Source: Obrimoposthia wandeli
Lineage: Eukaryota
Direction of reading: 5' to 3'
Assembly (NCBI GenBank): GCA_977020255.1
Contig: CDROCS010002469.1
Span: forward strand, 1-64,000
Length of the DNA: 64,000 nucleotides
Below are positions 51,972 to 62,534 of this stretch, in pieces. How positions within the stretch are numbered: the stretch's first letter is position 1; every line of letters starts with the position of its first letter. The translations under genes and the position numbers were made by a program. Below the pieces are notes generated by a model. That model saw only the letters and a list, made by a program, of their open reading frames with translations, did no database searches and was not told where the DNA came from.

Positions 51972-52901
51972 TTACGTCGTTTGATCACCGTGGAATAATC
52001 TAACTACATGGCGAGCTTCTGCAAAAAACAACCAACGTTCTGCAAGTAGCCCACCAATCGTTGCAATCGAAGCTAGTATTAATAATGCACTACCACCTAA
52101 GCAAACCAAAAACATTGGTAATAGAAAAGCCACAAATAAAGTTGCGAAACGGATTTTTAATAGCTTATTTGCCGCTACAGTATAGCCAAATTCGTTATTA
52201 AGAAAACCGTTTGAGCTGTGCCCTTGATCTAACAAACGTACACTTGCCTGCGTAAAACCTGTTGCTGTTTTAATACTGCTACCCGATGGCTTACCTATCC
52301 AGAAGAAGTAAATAACCTTCACAGTGATGCCAATACTCAATAACACTAGTACCGAATTTTGCATTAAGCTTGATTGCACATCACCTAGTAGCGCTTGTAG
52401 CGCTAAAAGCAATACTGATCCTGACATTAAACCTAGCGCTAAATAATTTACAGGTGTTAGCGCACTATTCCACTGACGAATCGTTTTCAAGCTTGCATAG
52501 ATCATACTCGTGCAGAACAGGGTAATCATCGCTAAACCAATTGTAATCCAGCCCGCTGCTGCAAAAACTGCTGAAATCTCAGCACCATTTAAGTATACGC
52601 CTAGCAAGTAGATCAATAAAAAAGGGTAAAAAGCGACGGCGAAAACAGCTTCACGTGACAGCCAACTCGTTTTAAAACGGCTAAAAGCACGCCAAGCGTT
52701 TTTTGGATTTGCTAAATGCAGTGTTGATGACAACAAACCACCTGAAATCATCACAAATGACAATACACCAGCACTGAGCAGTAGTGTTTTATCTTGCAAT
52801 ACTGTTACGCCACTTAAGTGTCCTAATATCATTAGGAAAACCAAGCCGTAACCAGCACCAGAGACTACTGTAAAAACAAGCACCGAAAAAGCAGGATGCA
52901 T
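51972..52901 (-). CDS. soeC: DmsC-type membrane anchor of sulfite dehydrogenase
   Basis: MHPAFSVLVFTVVSGAGYG, STLHLANPKNAWRAFS, SWLSRE, ERWLFFAEARHVV. Confidence 0.82.
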   Translation of the reverse strand: MHPAFSVLVFTVVSGAGYGLVFLMILGHLSGVTVLQDKTLLLSAGVLSFVMISGGLLSSTLHLANPKNAWRAFSRFKTSWLSREAVFAVAFYPFLLIYLLGVYLNGAEISAVFAAAGWITIGLAMITLFCTSMIYASLKTIRQWNSALTPVNYLALGLMSGSVLLLALQALLGDVQSSLMQNSVLVLLSIGITVKVIYFFWIGKPSGSSIKTATGFTQASVRLLDQGHSSNGFLNNEFGYTVAANKLLKIRFATLFVAFLLPMFLVCLGGSALLILASIATIGGLLAERWLFFAEARHVVRLFHGDQTT

Positions 52902-52991
52902 ATTATTCTCCAATTTTTATAAACAGACTTTTAGGATGCAAAGCTCCGCTTTACACCCTAATCACATTACATTAATTAACTTAAAACGCGA

Positions 52992-53681
52992 TTAACGGCT
53001 AATAATTTTGTTAACCCAACCTTTTACGGTTTGGCTAATACTGGCCGTTTCATGCATGACAACAACTGGCTTATTACGCGGTGGCAAATACGTGTTCACC
53101 GGATTGTAGCCAAGCTCAGGTAATAACTGCTTACCTGCTCTGTCACGCACTAACTTACTAACTTCTGAGTTAGGATCATCAAAATCACCAAAGGTACGCG
53201 AGCGTGTCGGACAGGTTAGTACACAAGCAGGCTGACGCTCAGCTTCTGGTAGTTTCTGGTCATAAATACGATCCACACACAAAGTACACTTTTTCATCGT
53301 GCCTTCTTGTGGATCTAACTCACGTGCGCCATATGGGCAAGCCCATGCACATAAATTACAACCCATGCATTTATCTTGATCGACCAGTACTATGCCATCT
53401 TCAGTACGCTTATAAGAAGCGCCTGTAGGACATACTGTGACACAAGCGGCATCTTCACAATGCATACACGACATCGGCATATGCACCGTTTTAGAGTTTG
53501 GCGTATCGCCCACTTCATAAGTGCGGATACGGTTAAGCCAAGCACCATTAGGATCCTTTCCGTAAGGATCTTTATCAGATAAAGGACCTATCGTTCCCGA
53601 TGTGTTCCATTGCTTACACGCAGTTGCACAACCGTGACAACCAACACAAGAATCTAAATCAACAACTAAACCTAATTTCAT
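52992..53681 (-). CDS. soeB: 4x[4Fe-4S] electron-transfer subunit
   Basis: CVGCHGCATAC, CMHCEDAACVTVCP, CMGCNLCAWACPY, KCTLCVDR. Confidence 0.85.
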   Translation of the reverse strand: MKLGLVVDLDSCVGCHGCATACKQWNTSGTIGPLSDKDPYGKDPNGAWLNRIRTYEVGDTPNSKTVHMPMSCMHCEDAACVTVCPTGASYKRTEDGIVLVDQDKCMGCNLCAWACPYGARELDPQEGTMKKCTLCVDRIYDQKLPEAERQPACVLTCPTRSRTFGDFDDPNSEVSKLVRDRAGKQLLPELGYNPVNTYLPPRNKPVVVMHETASISQTVKGWVNKIISR

Positions 53682-56615
53682 TTACTTGTCCCCGCGAAAT
53701 AATGTGTCAGCCCAGCTGCGCACTATATTGACATTTTTATGTGTTGCATAGCTCAACATATCCGGTGATTTTTTAGCATTAGGCTGTGGTTTAAGCGGCG
53801 CAAACTGCGGCCAAGCGCCTGTTTCACCTTCTTTAGCCGGCGTAATTTTTACCCGCAAATCATACCAAGCAGCTTGCCCTGTCACTGGATCAGAGTTGGT
53901 GATTTTATCCATTTTATCACCCTTCGCAGGGAGTAACTCTGAAATCAAGTGGTTCATTAAGAACGCATCACTCGCTTCATTTGCGTCATCAGCAAGTCCC
54001 CAAGCACCACCGCGTTTAGCAATTGCGTTCCAAGTCCAAACCGTATGCTCGTTTGTGCCTTCCATCAGCTTCACTTGTACACGAATCTTACCGTTATGCG
54101 ACTCAACCCATGCCCAAGAAAGATCCTCAATACCTAGTTTTTCACCGGCTAAGCGGTTCATAAACAAGTAGTTTTGGTTCATGATTTGGCGCAGCCATGC
54201 GTTTTGGCTATCCCAGCTGTGATACATAAACATCGGGCGCTGGTTTACCGCATGAAACGGGTATTCATCTCTATCAATTCGCTGCTCTTCAAGCGGCATG
54301 TAATAGATAGGCAATGGATCAAAGTACTTAACTAAACGCTCTTTATGATGTTCTTCAGTAGGCATTGGACCATCATATAATCCTTGCCCTGCTAAACGGA
54401 ATGTCTGTAACTTTTCTGAATAAATCTCAATGAGAATTTGATCAGTACTACCGACCCAGCCAGCTTCTTTAGCAAGCTCTAAATAATCTTTATTAGCATG
54501 GCGCATATAGCGCTGATTCTCAGCTAGCTCATACTCAAAGAAACCTTCGTTTTCTTCGTAAGCTTCCCATTGGCGTGGATTTGGCTCGCCGCGTAATGAC
54601 TTAGTACCGTCTTTACCACGATAACCCGCTAAGAAACCAATACCCGGCTCTTTTTCGAAGTTGATGATGAAATCTTTGTAGTCATCGTATTTTCGCTCTC
54701 CATCTCCCTTCATAAATGCTGGAAACTCTAAGCGGCCAGCCATTTCAACCATAACTTCCTGCCATGACATAACATCACGATCAGGCTTTATTACCGGTAT
54801 ACGCACAGAATCACAAGCAGCATGTGGCTCTGAGATCGGTCTATCAAGCATAGAAATAGTATCGTAACGCTCTAGATAGGTAGTATCTGGAAGGACTAAA
54901 TCTGAGTAGGCAACCATTTCAGAGTTAAAGGCATCCGAACAAACAATAAACGGAATCTTATATCCACCATCGTCTTCTTTAGCACATAACATATCTAAGG
55001 TTTGCGCCGTGTTCATGCTGGAGTTCCAAGCCATATTAGCCATGAACAACATCAGTGTATCAATTTTGTAGGGATCGCCTTTTACTGCATTGCTTATCAC
55101 CATGTGCATCATCCCATGGCAAGATATAGGCGCATCCCAACTGTAAGCCTTATCAATACGTAACGGCTTACCATCATCATCAATAACCAGATCTTCAGGG
55201 CAAGTAGGGAAACCTAAAGGTGGCGATTTCAAAGGTGTATTTGGGATGTTTGTTTTAGCAGGTTTAATGCCTGGTGGTACGTGCTTAGGAAACGGAGGCT
55301 TAGCTAAATGCCCACCTGGGCAATCGATAGTACCTAATAAAATCTGCAACAAATGAATTGCACGACAAGTTTGAAAACCATTCGAGTGAGCAGATATGCC
55401 GCGCATAGCGTGCATAGAAACAGGGCGGCCAATAAACTTATCTTGCTTGCGCCCTGCCCAGTCAGTCCATTCTACATCTAAGGTAATGGTTTCTTTAAAG
55501 GCAACATGCGCCATTTCAAGTGCGATACGCTCGATATCTTCTGCGCTTACGCCACATTCTTTAGCCGCAACTTCAGGTGAATACTCATCATCTAAGTATT
55601 TCTCAATCAAAATACTCATCGCTGTGCGCAATGGTGTGCCATCAGGTGCTGTAAGCTCACCAAATAATGCAGGCGTTACATCTGAACGGTTAGCATCAAC
55701 ATAGGCTTCTTTTTGCAAATCCCAAACTTGTGGATGCTCAGAATCACCACGATAGAAAAGACCATCGCCTTTAACGCCCGGCGTATTTACCACTAACTGC
55801 GGTGCGTTGGTGTAACGGATTAAGAACTCATCATCAACCAGTTTATTTTTCAATAAAACGTGGATCATCGATAGTGCAAAAATACCATCAGTGCCTGGGC
55901 GAATAGAAATCCACTCATCAGCAATCGCTTGGTAACCGGTACGTACCGGGTTAACTGAAACAAATTTTGCGCCACGCTCTTTCAAACGTTTTAGGCCAAG
56001 CTTAAGCGGGTTAGAGTTATGATCTTCAGCAACACCCCACATCATGAAGTATTTAGTATTTTCCCAATCGGGATCTCCAAACTCCCAGAATGCATGACCC
56101 ATAGTGTAGAGGCCACCGGCCGCCATGTTTACAGAACAAAAACCGCCGTGTGCCGCCCAGTTTATAGTACCAAATTGGCTAGCCCACATACCTGTTAAGG
56201 CTTGCATTTGATCACGGCCAGTAAAATAAGCAAGTTTTTTAGGATCCGTTTCACGGATGCGCTTTAAACGTTTTTCTAAAATCCCAAGGGCTCTCTCCCA
56301 TGAAATTTCTTCAAACTCACCCGCACCGCGTTCAGTACCTGGCTTTCTAAGCAAAGGCGAACTCAGCTTAGCAGGAGAATACTGCTTCATAATACCTGAA
56401 TTACCCTTAGCACAAAGTACACCTTTGTTTATAGGGTGGTTAGGATTACCTTGAATATAACGCACCTTATTATCTTCAACAGTGACTTTAATACCGCAAC
56501 GGCAAGCACACATGTAACAGGTGGTAAATTTTGTTTCTTGTTTGTCTCTATCTTCAAATTCAGGTAAATCCGAAGCGATTGCAATACGATCTTCTTGGCT
56601 TGTCATGTCTACCAT
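53682..56615 (-). CDS. soeA: Molybdopterin sulfite:quinone oxidoreductase catalytic subunit
   Basis: TTCYMCACRCGI, NWAAHGGFCSVNMAAG, HAMRGISAHSNGF, MYHSWDSQNAWLRQ; no Tat signal seen, so cytoplasmic. Confidence 0.85.
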   Translation of the reverse strand: MVDMTSQEDRIAIASDLPEFEDRDKQETKFTTCYMCACRCGIKVTVEDNKVRYIQGNPNHPINKGVLCAKGNSGIMKQYSPAKLSSPLLRKPGTERGAGEFEEISWERALGILEKRLKRIRETDPKKLAYFTGRDQMQALTGMWASQFGTINWAAHGGFCSVNMAAGGLYTMGHAFWEFGDPDWENTKYFMMWGVAEDHNSNPLKLGLKRLKERGAKFVSVNPVRTGYQAIADEWISIRPGTDGIFALSMIHVLLKNKLVDDEFLIRYTNAPQLVVNTPGVKGDGLFYRGDSEHPQVWDLQKEAYVDANRSDVTPALFGELTAPDGTPLRTAMSILIEKYLDDEYSPEVAAKECGVSAEDIERIALEMAHVAFKETITLDVEWTDWAGRKQDKFIGRPVSMHAMRGISAHSNGFQTCRAIHLLQILLGTIDCPGGHLAKPPFPKHVPPGIKPAKTNIPNTPLKSPPLGFPTCPEDLVIDDDGKPLRIDKAYSWDAPISCHGMMHMVISNAVKGDPYKIDTLMLFMANMAWNSSMNTAQTLDMLCAKEDDGGYKIPFIVCSDAFNSEMVAYSDLVLPDTTYLERYDTISMLDRPISEPHAACDSVRIPVIKPDRDVMSWQEVMVEMAGRLEFPAFMKGDGERKYDDYKDFIINFEKEPGIGFLAGYRGKDGTKSLRGEPNPRQWEAYEENEGFFEYELAENQRYMRHANKDYLELAKEAGWVGSTDQILIEIYSEKLQTFRLAGQGLYDGPMPTEEHHKERLVKYFDPLPIYYMPLEEQRIDRDEYPFHAVNQRPMFMYHSWDSQNAWLRQIMNQNYLFMNRLAGEKLGIEDLSWAWVESHNGKIRVQVKLMEGTNEHTVWTWNAIAKRGGAWGLADDANEASDAFLMNHLISELLPAKGDKMDKITNSDPVTGQAAWYDLRVKITPAKEGETGAWPQFAPLKPQPNAKKSPDMLSYATHKNVNIVRSWADTLFRGDK

Positions 56616-57083
56616 CCAAGTTGAGTCTATGAATTACATAGTCAATAAACATAAGGTGTTAGTAATACTCAACAAACACGCGTAAAGTTTAAATATATAT
56701 AGTCACAGCATTTTAATTGTTATATTAGCTATAAGGTTAGATCTTATTCGAATATTGAAATAATTAACAACCTTACAAGTGCTTATAGTGATTATTGATG
56801 TATATCCTAGAAACTATGCGCCTTTAGAGCAAAGGCCAATCTTTAGTTAAAAATGGATCCAGCCTTATGATATACAGCTAACCTAGGATAATAGTGAGTC
56901 CTTTACGTTACTCATTCGGTACAATGCTTAACAAAACATACAATCTTTTTCACTTAAACTAAGCAGCTGATGTTTATAATTGAGCCTGTAAATAATTTCG
57001 TACCAACAGACCTTAAGTAAACTTCAATCTAAACTTGAGCCTTATAGCTAACATAGCCTCTCATATAAAAGTTAGCATTCTTA

Positions 57084-57116
57084 CTGGCTGCATGTAAAAC
57101 TAAAGACTGGCTCTGC
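57084..57116 (+). promoter_or_regulatory. 23-bp-period direct repeat upstream of the AAA+ gene
   Basis: CTGGCTGCAT (57084) and CTGGCTCTGC (57107). Confidence 0.45.
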
Positions 57117-57241
57117 AATTGCACGTAATAACATATAAAATAATAATCATATAATTCAATGCTCACTACGATACACCCTAATATCATGCCGATATTTTAA
57201 ACGCCAAAATCTAATGCTCATTACCACAATGGATTCACAAT

Positions 57242-58240
57242 ATGTCTGACATTAAAATCGATCAACCTGACCTTATGGTATCCGTCAGGGATGTTTTTGC
57301 CATTAACTCTATGCTAAAAGTGCCTGCTTTTAGTTTGCGTGACGAACATGTACCAGAAATAGATCCCGATTATGTATTTAACCCTGAAGTAACACTGGCA
57401 ATATTAGCAGGCTTTAGCAACAACCGTCGCGTAATGGTACAAGGTTTACACGGCACCGGTAAGTCAACACACATTGAGCAAATAGCTGCACGCCTTAACT
57501 GGCCCTGTGTGCGCATTAATTTAGACGGTCATATTAGTCGATTAGATTTAGTTGGCAAAGACACTATTGTTGTTCGCGATAATCAGCAAATAACAGAGTT
57601 TCAAGAAGGCATTCTTCCTTGGGCATTAAGACGCCCTACCGCGTTAATTTTTGATGAGTTTGATGCAGGTCGCCCCGAGGTCATGTTCGTTATTCAACGT
57701 ATATTAGAGCGTGACGGAAAATTTACGCTACTTGATCAAAATGAAGTGATTACACCGCATAACCAATTCCGTTTATTTGCCACAGCGAATACCATAGGCC
57801 TTGGCAATAGTACCGGCCTTTATCACGGCACCCAAATGGTTAACCAAGCACAAATGGATCGCTGGGATATTGTCACGAACTTAAGTTATTTGCCTTGTGA
57901 AGATGAAGTGAAAATTATCCAGGGGAAAGTTAAATCTCAAGAGAAGCCAATCGACATAGATACAATTAGATCTATGATCGCTGTTGCTGACATGACACGT
58001 AAAAGCTTTGCCGCAGGAGACATCTCAACTTTAATGTCTCCAAGAACAGTCATCTCATGGGCCGAAAACATTGGCATTTTTGATAACACGGCAGTCGCTT
58101 TCAAACTTTCTTTCCTCAACAAGTGTGACGAAGCTGAAAGACCCATTATTGCAGAATTTTTCCAACGTTGTTTTGACACCGAACTTTCAGAATCATGGGC
58201 AGATACTGCCAATCAGGTAATGGCTGATGGCCGACACTAA
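57242..58240 (+). CDS. CobS-like MoxR-type AAA+ ATPase
   Basis: Walker A GLHGTGKST, RINLDGHISRLDLVGKD, Walker B IFDEFD, ATANT, MSPRTV. Confidence 0.88.
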   Translation: MSDIKIDQPDLMVSVRDVFAINSMLKVPAFSLRDEHVPEIDPDYVFNPEVTLAILAGFSNNRRVMVQGLHGTGKSTHIEQIAARLNWPCVRINLDGHISRLDLVGKDTIVVRDNQQITEFQEGILPWALRRPTALIFDEFDAGRPEVMFVIQRILERDGKFTLLDQNEVITPHNQFRLFATANTIGLGNSTGLYHGTQMVNQAQMDRWDIVTNLSYLPCEDEVKIIQGKVKSQEKPIDIDTIRSMIAVADMTRKSFAAGDISTLMSPRTVISWAENIGIFDNTAVAFKLSFLNKCDEAERPIIAEFFQRCFDTELSESWADTANQVMADGRH

Positions 58241-59966
58241 CACTGCAACTCTTAAAGTTGAAAAGCTACAGCAGCATTTAGAAAAGCTCTGCGGCGCAAC
58301 GATAAGAGCAACCTCAGGACAACCAAGCTTTCGTTTTCGCGGCCAGCGCCCAGAAATACATGGAAAGTCTGCAATGATACGCGCGCCGCATTTGCGCCCA
58401 GACTTTGAAGAGGACAATTTTCGCTCTTTTCGCGGCGCCGCCGATGCAATTGCTTTGCGTCTTTTACATAGTGACAGCTGTTTACATCAGCAATTAATGC
58501 CTGAAAGCAACATTGGCCAGCTGATTTTTGAACTACTTGAGCAATTGCGCTGCGAGTCTTTAGTGAGTGAATTGCACCCTGGTGCACGCAAGAATTTAGA
58601 ACATCGATTTCGCCAATGGTGCAAACAGTTTTGTGCATCCGATACGGTAGACAATCAGCTGGGCTTAATGATTTTTACCATCGCTCAGGTTGTGTGGTGC
58701 CGCCTTACTAGCTTACCGATGAACCATGAAAGCGAAGATTTGATCGAACCCATGCGCATGATGATTGCTAGACATATTGGCGGCGCTTTGATGGGCATGC
58801 GCAAAAACACCACCGATCAACGCGTGTTTGCCAGCCATGCACATGTCATTGTTGATGTGCTAAACAGCCTACTACCTCAAGAAGATGATGAAAAGCCAGT
58901 TAAAGATAAAAAATCAAGCCTTAGCACTAGTAACTTTAGCTTGTATTTAGAGCCAAATGCCGAAGATGACAACAGCGATATCGCTCAAGCAGGGAAATCT
59001 CCGCAAATTCGTGGCATACGTGACATCCTAGAACAACTAAGCCAATACCAAATTTTCACCAGCAAACACGATGAAGTAGTGATGGCTGAAAAACTAGCAC
59101 TGCCCGCGCAGCTAGATAAATTTTGCAAAGTACAAGATCAACTACTCAAGAATAATGCTGTTAATATCCCTAAGCTAGCGCGTGATCTTGCAAAGATAAT
59201 TCCCGGTAAGCAATTTAGCGGTTGGAACTTCTCACAGGATGAAGGCTATATAGATGGCAGCATGCTGACTACACTGATCACATCGCCACAGTATTTGAAT
59301 ATTTTTCGTACTCAGCAACAACTCCCTAATGGCAATTGTGTTGTGAGTTTTCTCATGGATAATTCGGGGTCGATGAAAGAGCACATCCAACCAATATCGA
59401 ACTTAATCAGCATCCTTTGTAAAGCATTAGAGATGGTCGGTGCGAACACTGAAATTCTAGGCTTCACCACCAAATCATGGCAAGGCGGGAAAAGCCACAA
59501 ACAATGGATACGCAGTGGCAAACCTGAAAATCCAGGGCGTTTATGTGAAACCCGCCATATCATATACAAAGATGCGGATACCAAGTTACAGCGCGCTAGG
59601 CGCGGAATTGGAGCGATGCTAAAACTAGACCTTTTCAAAGAAGGTATCGATGGTGAAGCGCTTTTATGGGCTGCTAAACGCTTAAAGCAGCGCGGCGAGC
59701 AGCGAAAAATTTTAATTGTACTTTCAGATGGCTGCCCAATGGAGAGCGCTACCAACCAAGCTAATACTAGCAGTTATCTGGATAATCACTTAAGGCAAGC
59801 CGCCAGCATGATCGAAAATACCGGCGAAATTGAGCTTTACGCTTTAGGTTTTGGTTTAGATCTTAGCCCCTATTATCGACACAGCTTAGCACTTGAGATA
59901 CCCGAGAAAATTGAAAATTCAATTTTTAAAGAAATCCTGAAAATGCTCATGCGCAGAGGTGTTTAA
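58227..59966 (+). CDS. CobT-like von Willebrand A protein
   Basis: FRGAADAIALR, EQLRCE, MIDAS DNSGSM, LGFTT, EGIDGEALLWA, LIVLSDGCP; overlaps the AAA+ stop. Confidence 0.85.
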   Translation: MADTNTATLKVEKLQQHLEKLCGATIRATSGQPSFRFRGQRPEIHGKSAMIRAPHLRPDFEEDNFRSFRGAADAIALRLLHSDSCLHQQLMPESNIGQLIFELLEQLRCESLVSELHPGARKNLEHRFRQWCKQFCASDTVDNQLGLMIFTIAQVVWCRLTSLPMNHESEDLIEPMRMMIARHIGGALMGMRKNTTDQRVFASHAHVIVDVLNSLLPQEDDEKPVKDKKSSLSTSNFSLYLEPNAEDDNSDIAQAGKSPQIRGIRDILEQLSQYQIFTSKHDEVVMAEKLALPAQLDKFCKVQDQLLKNNAVNIPKLARDLAKIIPGKQFSGWNFSQDEGYIDGSMLTTLITSPQYLNIFRTQQQLPNGNCVVSFLMDNSGSMKEHIQPISNLISILCKALEMVGANTEILGFTTKSWQGGKSHKQWIRSGKPENPGRLCETRHIIYKDADTKLQRARRGIGAMLKLDLFKEGIDGEALLWAAKRLKQRGEQRKILIVLSDGCPMESATNQANTSSYLDNHLRQAASMIENTGEIELYALGFGLDLSPYYRHSLALEIPEKIENSIFKEILKMLMRRGV

Positions 59967-59977
59967 GCGTCTTACTT

Positions 59978-60010
59978 TTGGCTCTAACCTACAGGTTAAA
60001 CTGGCTCTAA
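59978..60010 (+). promoter_or_regulatory. 23-bp-period direct repeat
   Basis: TTGGCTCTAA (59978) and CTGGCTCTAA (60001). Confidence 0.55.
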
Positions 60011-60240
60011 AACTAAGAAAAAAGCAACCTTATACTCTAGTAGCTCTATGATATTGAATAGTATATTTATAGCTATCTGCATATTATTAATAATAATTTA
60101 TATCATTGAAGTAAGTAAGCAAATCCTTTTTTGCCACAATCTTCCCTTTAGTGTATTTATACTTAATAGAAGTAAAATACATTCGCTATTTTTTGAGCTG
60201 CGTGTTTCAATGAAATATGCAATAAATGAGACTATTAATT

Positions 60241-60633
60241 ATGAGCCAATATCCAACTTTAGAATCAATGGGCGTAAAGAGTGTAGAAGATGTAATTAAG
60301 TATACGATTCGCCATGAAAGCAATACTGACGTTTTAAAAATTTATTACAAAAGAGCAAAAGGCTCTTTTTTGTCTCGTAGTAAAAAATTCTCTTTTATAC
60401 GCGGTGTGCGCAGCATTCCTATTGAAAGCAGAAATTCCAAAGCTTTTGAAAACCTTAGCAACATCAGCCCACAATTAACACTCGCTATCCAAGAGCTTGA
60501 CCTTCTTCAAGCAGATTTATTAGAAGAAGAAAAGCTAGACCCTAAAGCTCAAATTTCAGTTCATATGGACCACCTAGAAAAAGTGGTAAATGATAAATTG
60601 AATGAAATGCAAGAACTTTTAAAGAAACTATAA
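60241..60633 (+). CDS. yaeH: UPF0325/DUF3461 family protein
   Basis: YPTLESMGV...DVLKIYYKRAKGSFLSRSKKFSFIR; start taken at MSQY. Confidence 0.78.
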   Translation: MSQYPTLESMGVKSVEDVIKYTIRHESNTDVLKIYYKRAKGSFLSRSKKFSFIRGVRSIPIESRNSKAFENLSNISPQLTLAIQELDLLQADLLEEEKLDPKAQISVHMDHLEKVVNDKLNEMQELLKKL

Positions 60634-61189
60634 TAAGTTAATTGGCAGATTTTTAACACAAAACAACTTGTAATATTGTTGCATAAATCCTCTGAGCAGA
60701 CTGTTTTAACTAATAAAGAGAGTATTAACGCCGTTTTCGCTGCTCTCTTTTATTACTGCTTATCCAAAAATCGATTACACCGCACAATGGCTAGTTTGCT
60801 ATACTTAAAAAACCATTTTGAATGGTATAATTTTTACCGTGTATTGAGTAACACGCAACAGATGATTGTTACTCTTCAACCTTTATCCCTAAGGGATGTT
60901 TGATGGTGATACATATTTATTCGTTAACTAATACTACTCATTACGGCGCTGCTCCATTTAACCAACTATTTCACCGCTATAAAAAACCTTTTATAAACTC
61001 ATTCAGAATTGATTTGGCATTTTAGCCGCATGAATTCCCAACAAAAGAGCACTTAACTCGTACAATAGTGAAAACCCGTTTAAAAACCGTTTATCTCGTG
61101 CTATATTTTCCTAGTTAATAAACTACTGTTACATTATATAAGCTACTGTTTTTTTTATATTAAATTAATTAAAAACCACCAATAAATGA

Positions 61190-61222
61190 TTGGTTCTAAT
61201 ATCAAACAGATACTGGTCCTAA
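61190..61222 (+). promoter_or_regulatory. 23-bp-period direct repeat upstream of the TRAP operon
   Basis: TTGGTTCTAA (61190) and CTGGTCCTAA (61213). Confidence 0.6.
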
Positions 61223-61419
61223 AAATAACAGCTAGTAAAGTTAACTATAGAGCTACATTGATTTGGGTCAGTATATGATCTTCTTACTGCTAAATGTAAT
61301 AACTTATGCCTTTACCAGTGAATTCAGAAGGTCATGATCAATAATAATGTAAGTAATAAACCCCTTCAAGAGTGGCTATTTAGACTCTAAAAGGGAAATT
61401 TAAATATCTGGAGTAACTG

Positions 61420-62424
61420 ATGATAACTAACAATAAAATCACAAAAGTACTTTCGTTTACCGCTGGTCTAGTTTTATCTACATCTGCTTTCGCATCTAAC
61501 TGGAACGTTGCAGTTGGTGATGGCGGCGGTAGTGCCCAAGAAGCATTGGGATTGAAGTTCGGCGAATTACTTAAAGAAAAAACGGGAGGAAAGCACAGTA
61601 CTAAGTTATTCCTTAACGGCCAATTAGGTTCTGAGCAAGACACCGTTAACGATTTAGCTTTAGGCGCTTTAGATTTTTCTATCTTAGCATCAAACAACCT
61701 AGCGCCTTTCTCTCCGACAATGGGTATTCTTTCTCTACCTTACATTTTTGAAAACCTAGAGCAAGCTGATAAAGTTGTTACTGGCGAAATTGGTGCTGAA
61801 CTGGTTAAAAACACCGTTCGTGATGCTGGCTCACGTGTTCTAGCTTGGACTTACTCAGGTTTCAGAGTTCTAAGTAACTCTAAGCACCCAATCAAGAAAC
61901 TAGCTGACCTTGATGGTGTTGTAGTACGTGTTCCTAAAAACGAAATCATGATCGATACCTATAAGTCTTGGGGCAATAACCCAACACCTATGGCTTGGTC
62001 TGAAACGTTCACAGCTCTTCAACAAGGTGTTGTAGATGGTCAAGACACGCCATACACAACTATCTATGCAATGAAATTTGGTGAAGTACAGAAGTACATT
62101 TCTGACCTTCATTACCTATTCTTGTTAGAGCCATTAGTTGTTTCTGAAGCTTTATTCCAAGCTCAAGACAAAGCGACTCAAGATGCAATGCTTGCAGCCG
62201 GCGTAGAAGCGTCTAAGTACAGCCTTCAATGGCTAAAAGACCAAGAATCTATCATCAAGAAAGAATTGGTTGAAAAGTACAACATGGAAATCAACACTAT
62301 CGAAGATGAAGCAGAATGGGCTAGCAAAGCACAAAAAGCTGTTTGGCCTAAATTCTACGAAAGCGTTGGTGGTAAAGACAAAGTTAACGCACTACTTCGC
62401 TCACTGGGCCGTGCTGAAATCTAA
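61420..62424 (+). CDS. TRAP solute-binding protein (DctP family)
   Basis: Signal peptide, NGQLGSEQD, YSGFR, VRVPKN, TALQQGVVDGQD. Confidence 0.9.
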   Translation: MITNNKITKVLSFTAGLVLSTSAFASNWNVAVGDGGGSAQEALGLKFGELLKEKTGGKHSTKLFLNGQLGSEQDTVNDLALGALDFSILASNNLAPFSPTMGILSLPYIFENLEQADKVVTGEIGAELVKNTVRDAGSRVLAWTYSGFRVLSNSKHPIKKLADLDGVVVRVPKNEIMIDTYKSWGNNPTPMAWSETFTALQQGVVDGQDTPYTTIYAMKFGEVQKYISDLHYLFLLEPLVVSEALFQAQDKATQDAMLAAGVEASKYSLQWLKDQESIIKKELVEKYNMEINTIEDEAEWASKAQKAVWPKFYESVGGKDKVNALLRSLGRAEI

Positions 62425-62484
62425 AACTTAATCCTTTTGTAAGTCTATTTTACAAAGAGAATTATTTTTATTAGATTCATCACC

Positions 62485-62516
62485 CAACTAACACACTTTA
62501 TTAAGTGTGTTAGTTG
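62485..62516 (+). terminator. Perfect intercistronic hairpin between dctP and dctQ
   Basis: CAACTAACACACTT-TATT-AAGTGTGTTAGTTG. Confidence 0.65.
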
Positions 62517-62534
62517 TTAAGCGGAGTACACGTT

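Noticed and set aside
51972-56615. Calling the operon DMSO reductase dmsABC
   Set aside because: No Tat leader, and WAAHGGFCS / HAMRGISAH motifs fit the cytoplasmic SoeA type.
56785-56810. FNR-like site TTGAT-GTAT-ATCCT upstream of soeA
   Set aside because: Right half-site matches only 3/5; not supportable.
57242-59966. Calling the pair cobS/cobT cobaltochelatase
   Set aside because: No cobN or cob genes nearby, the VWA protein lacks a long acidic linker, and the context is sulfur metabolism; symbols withheld.
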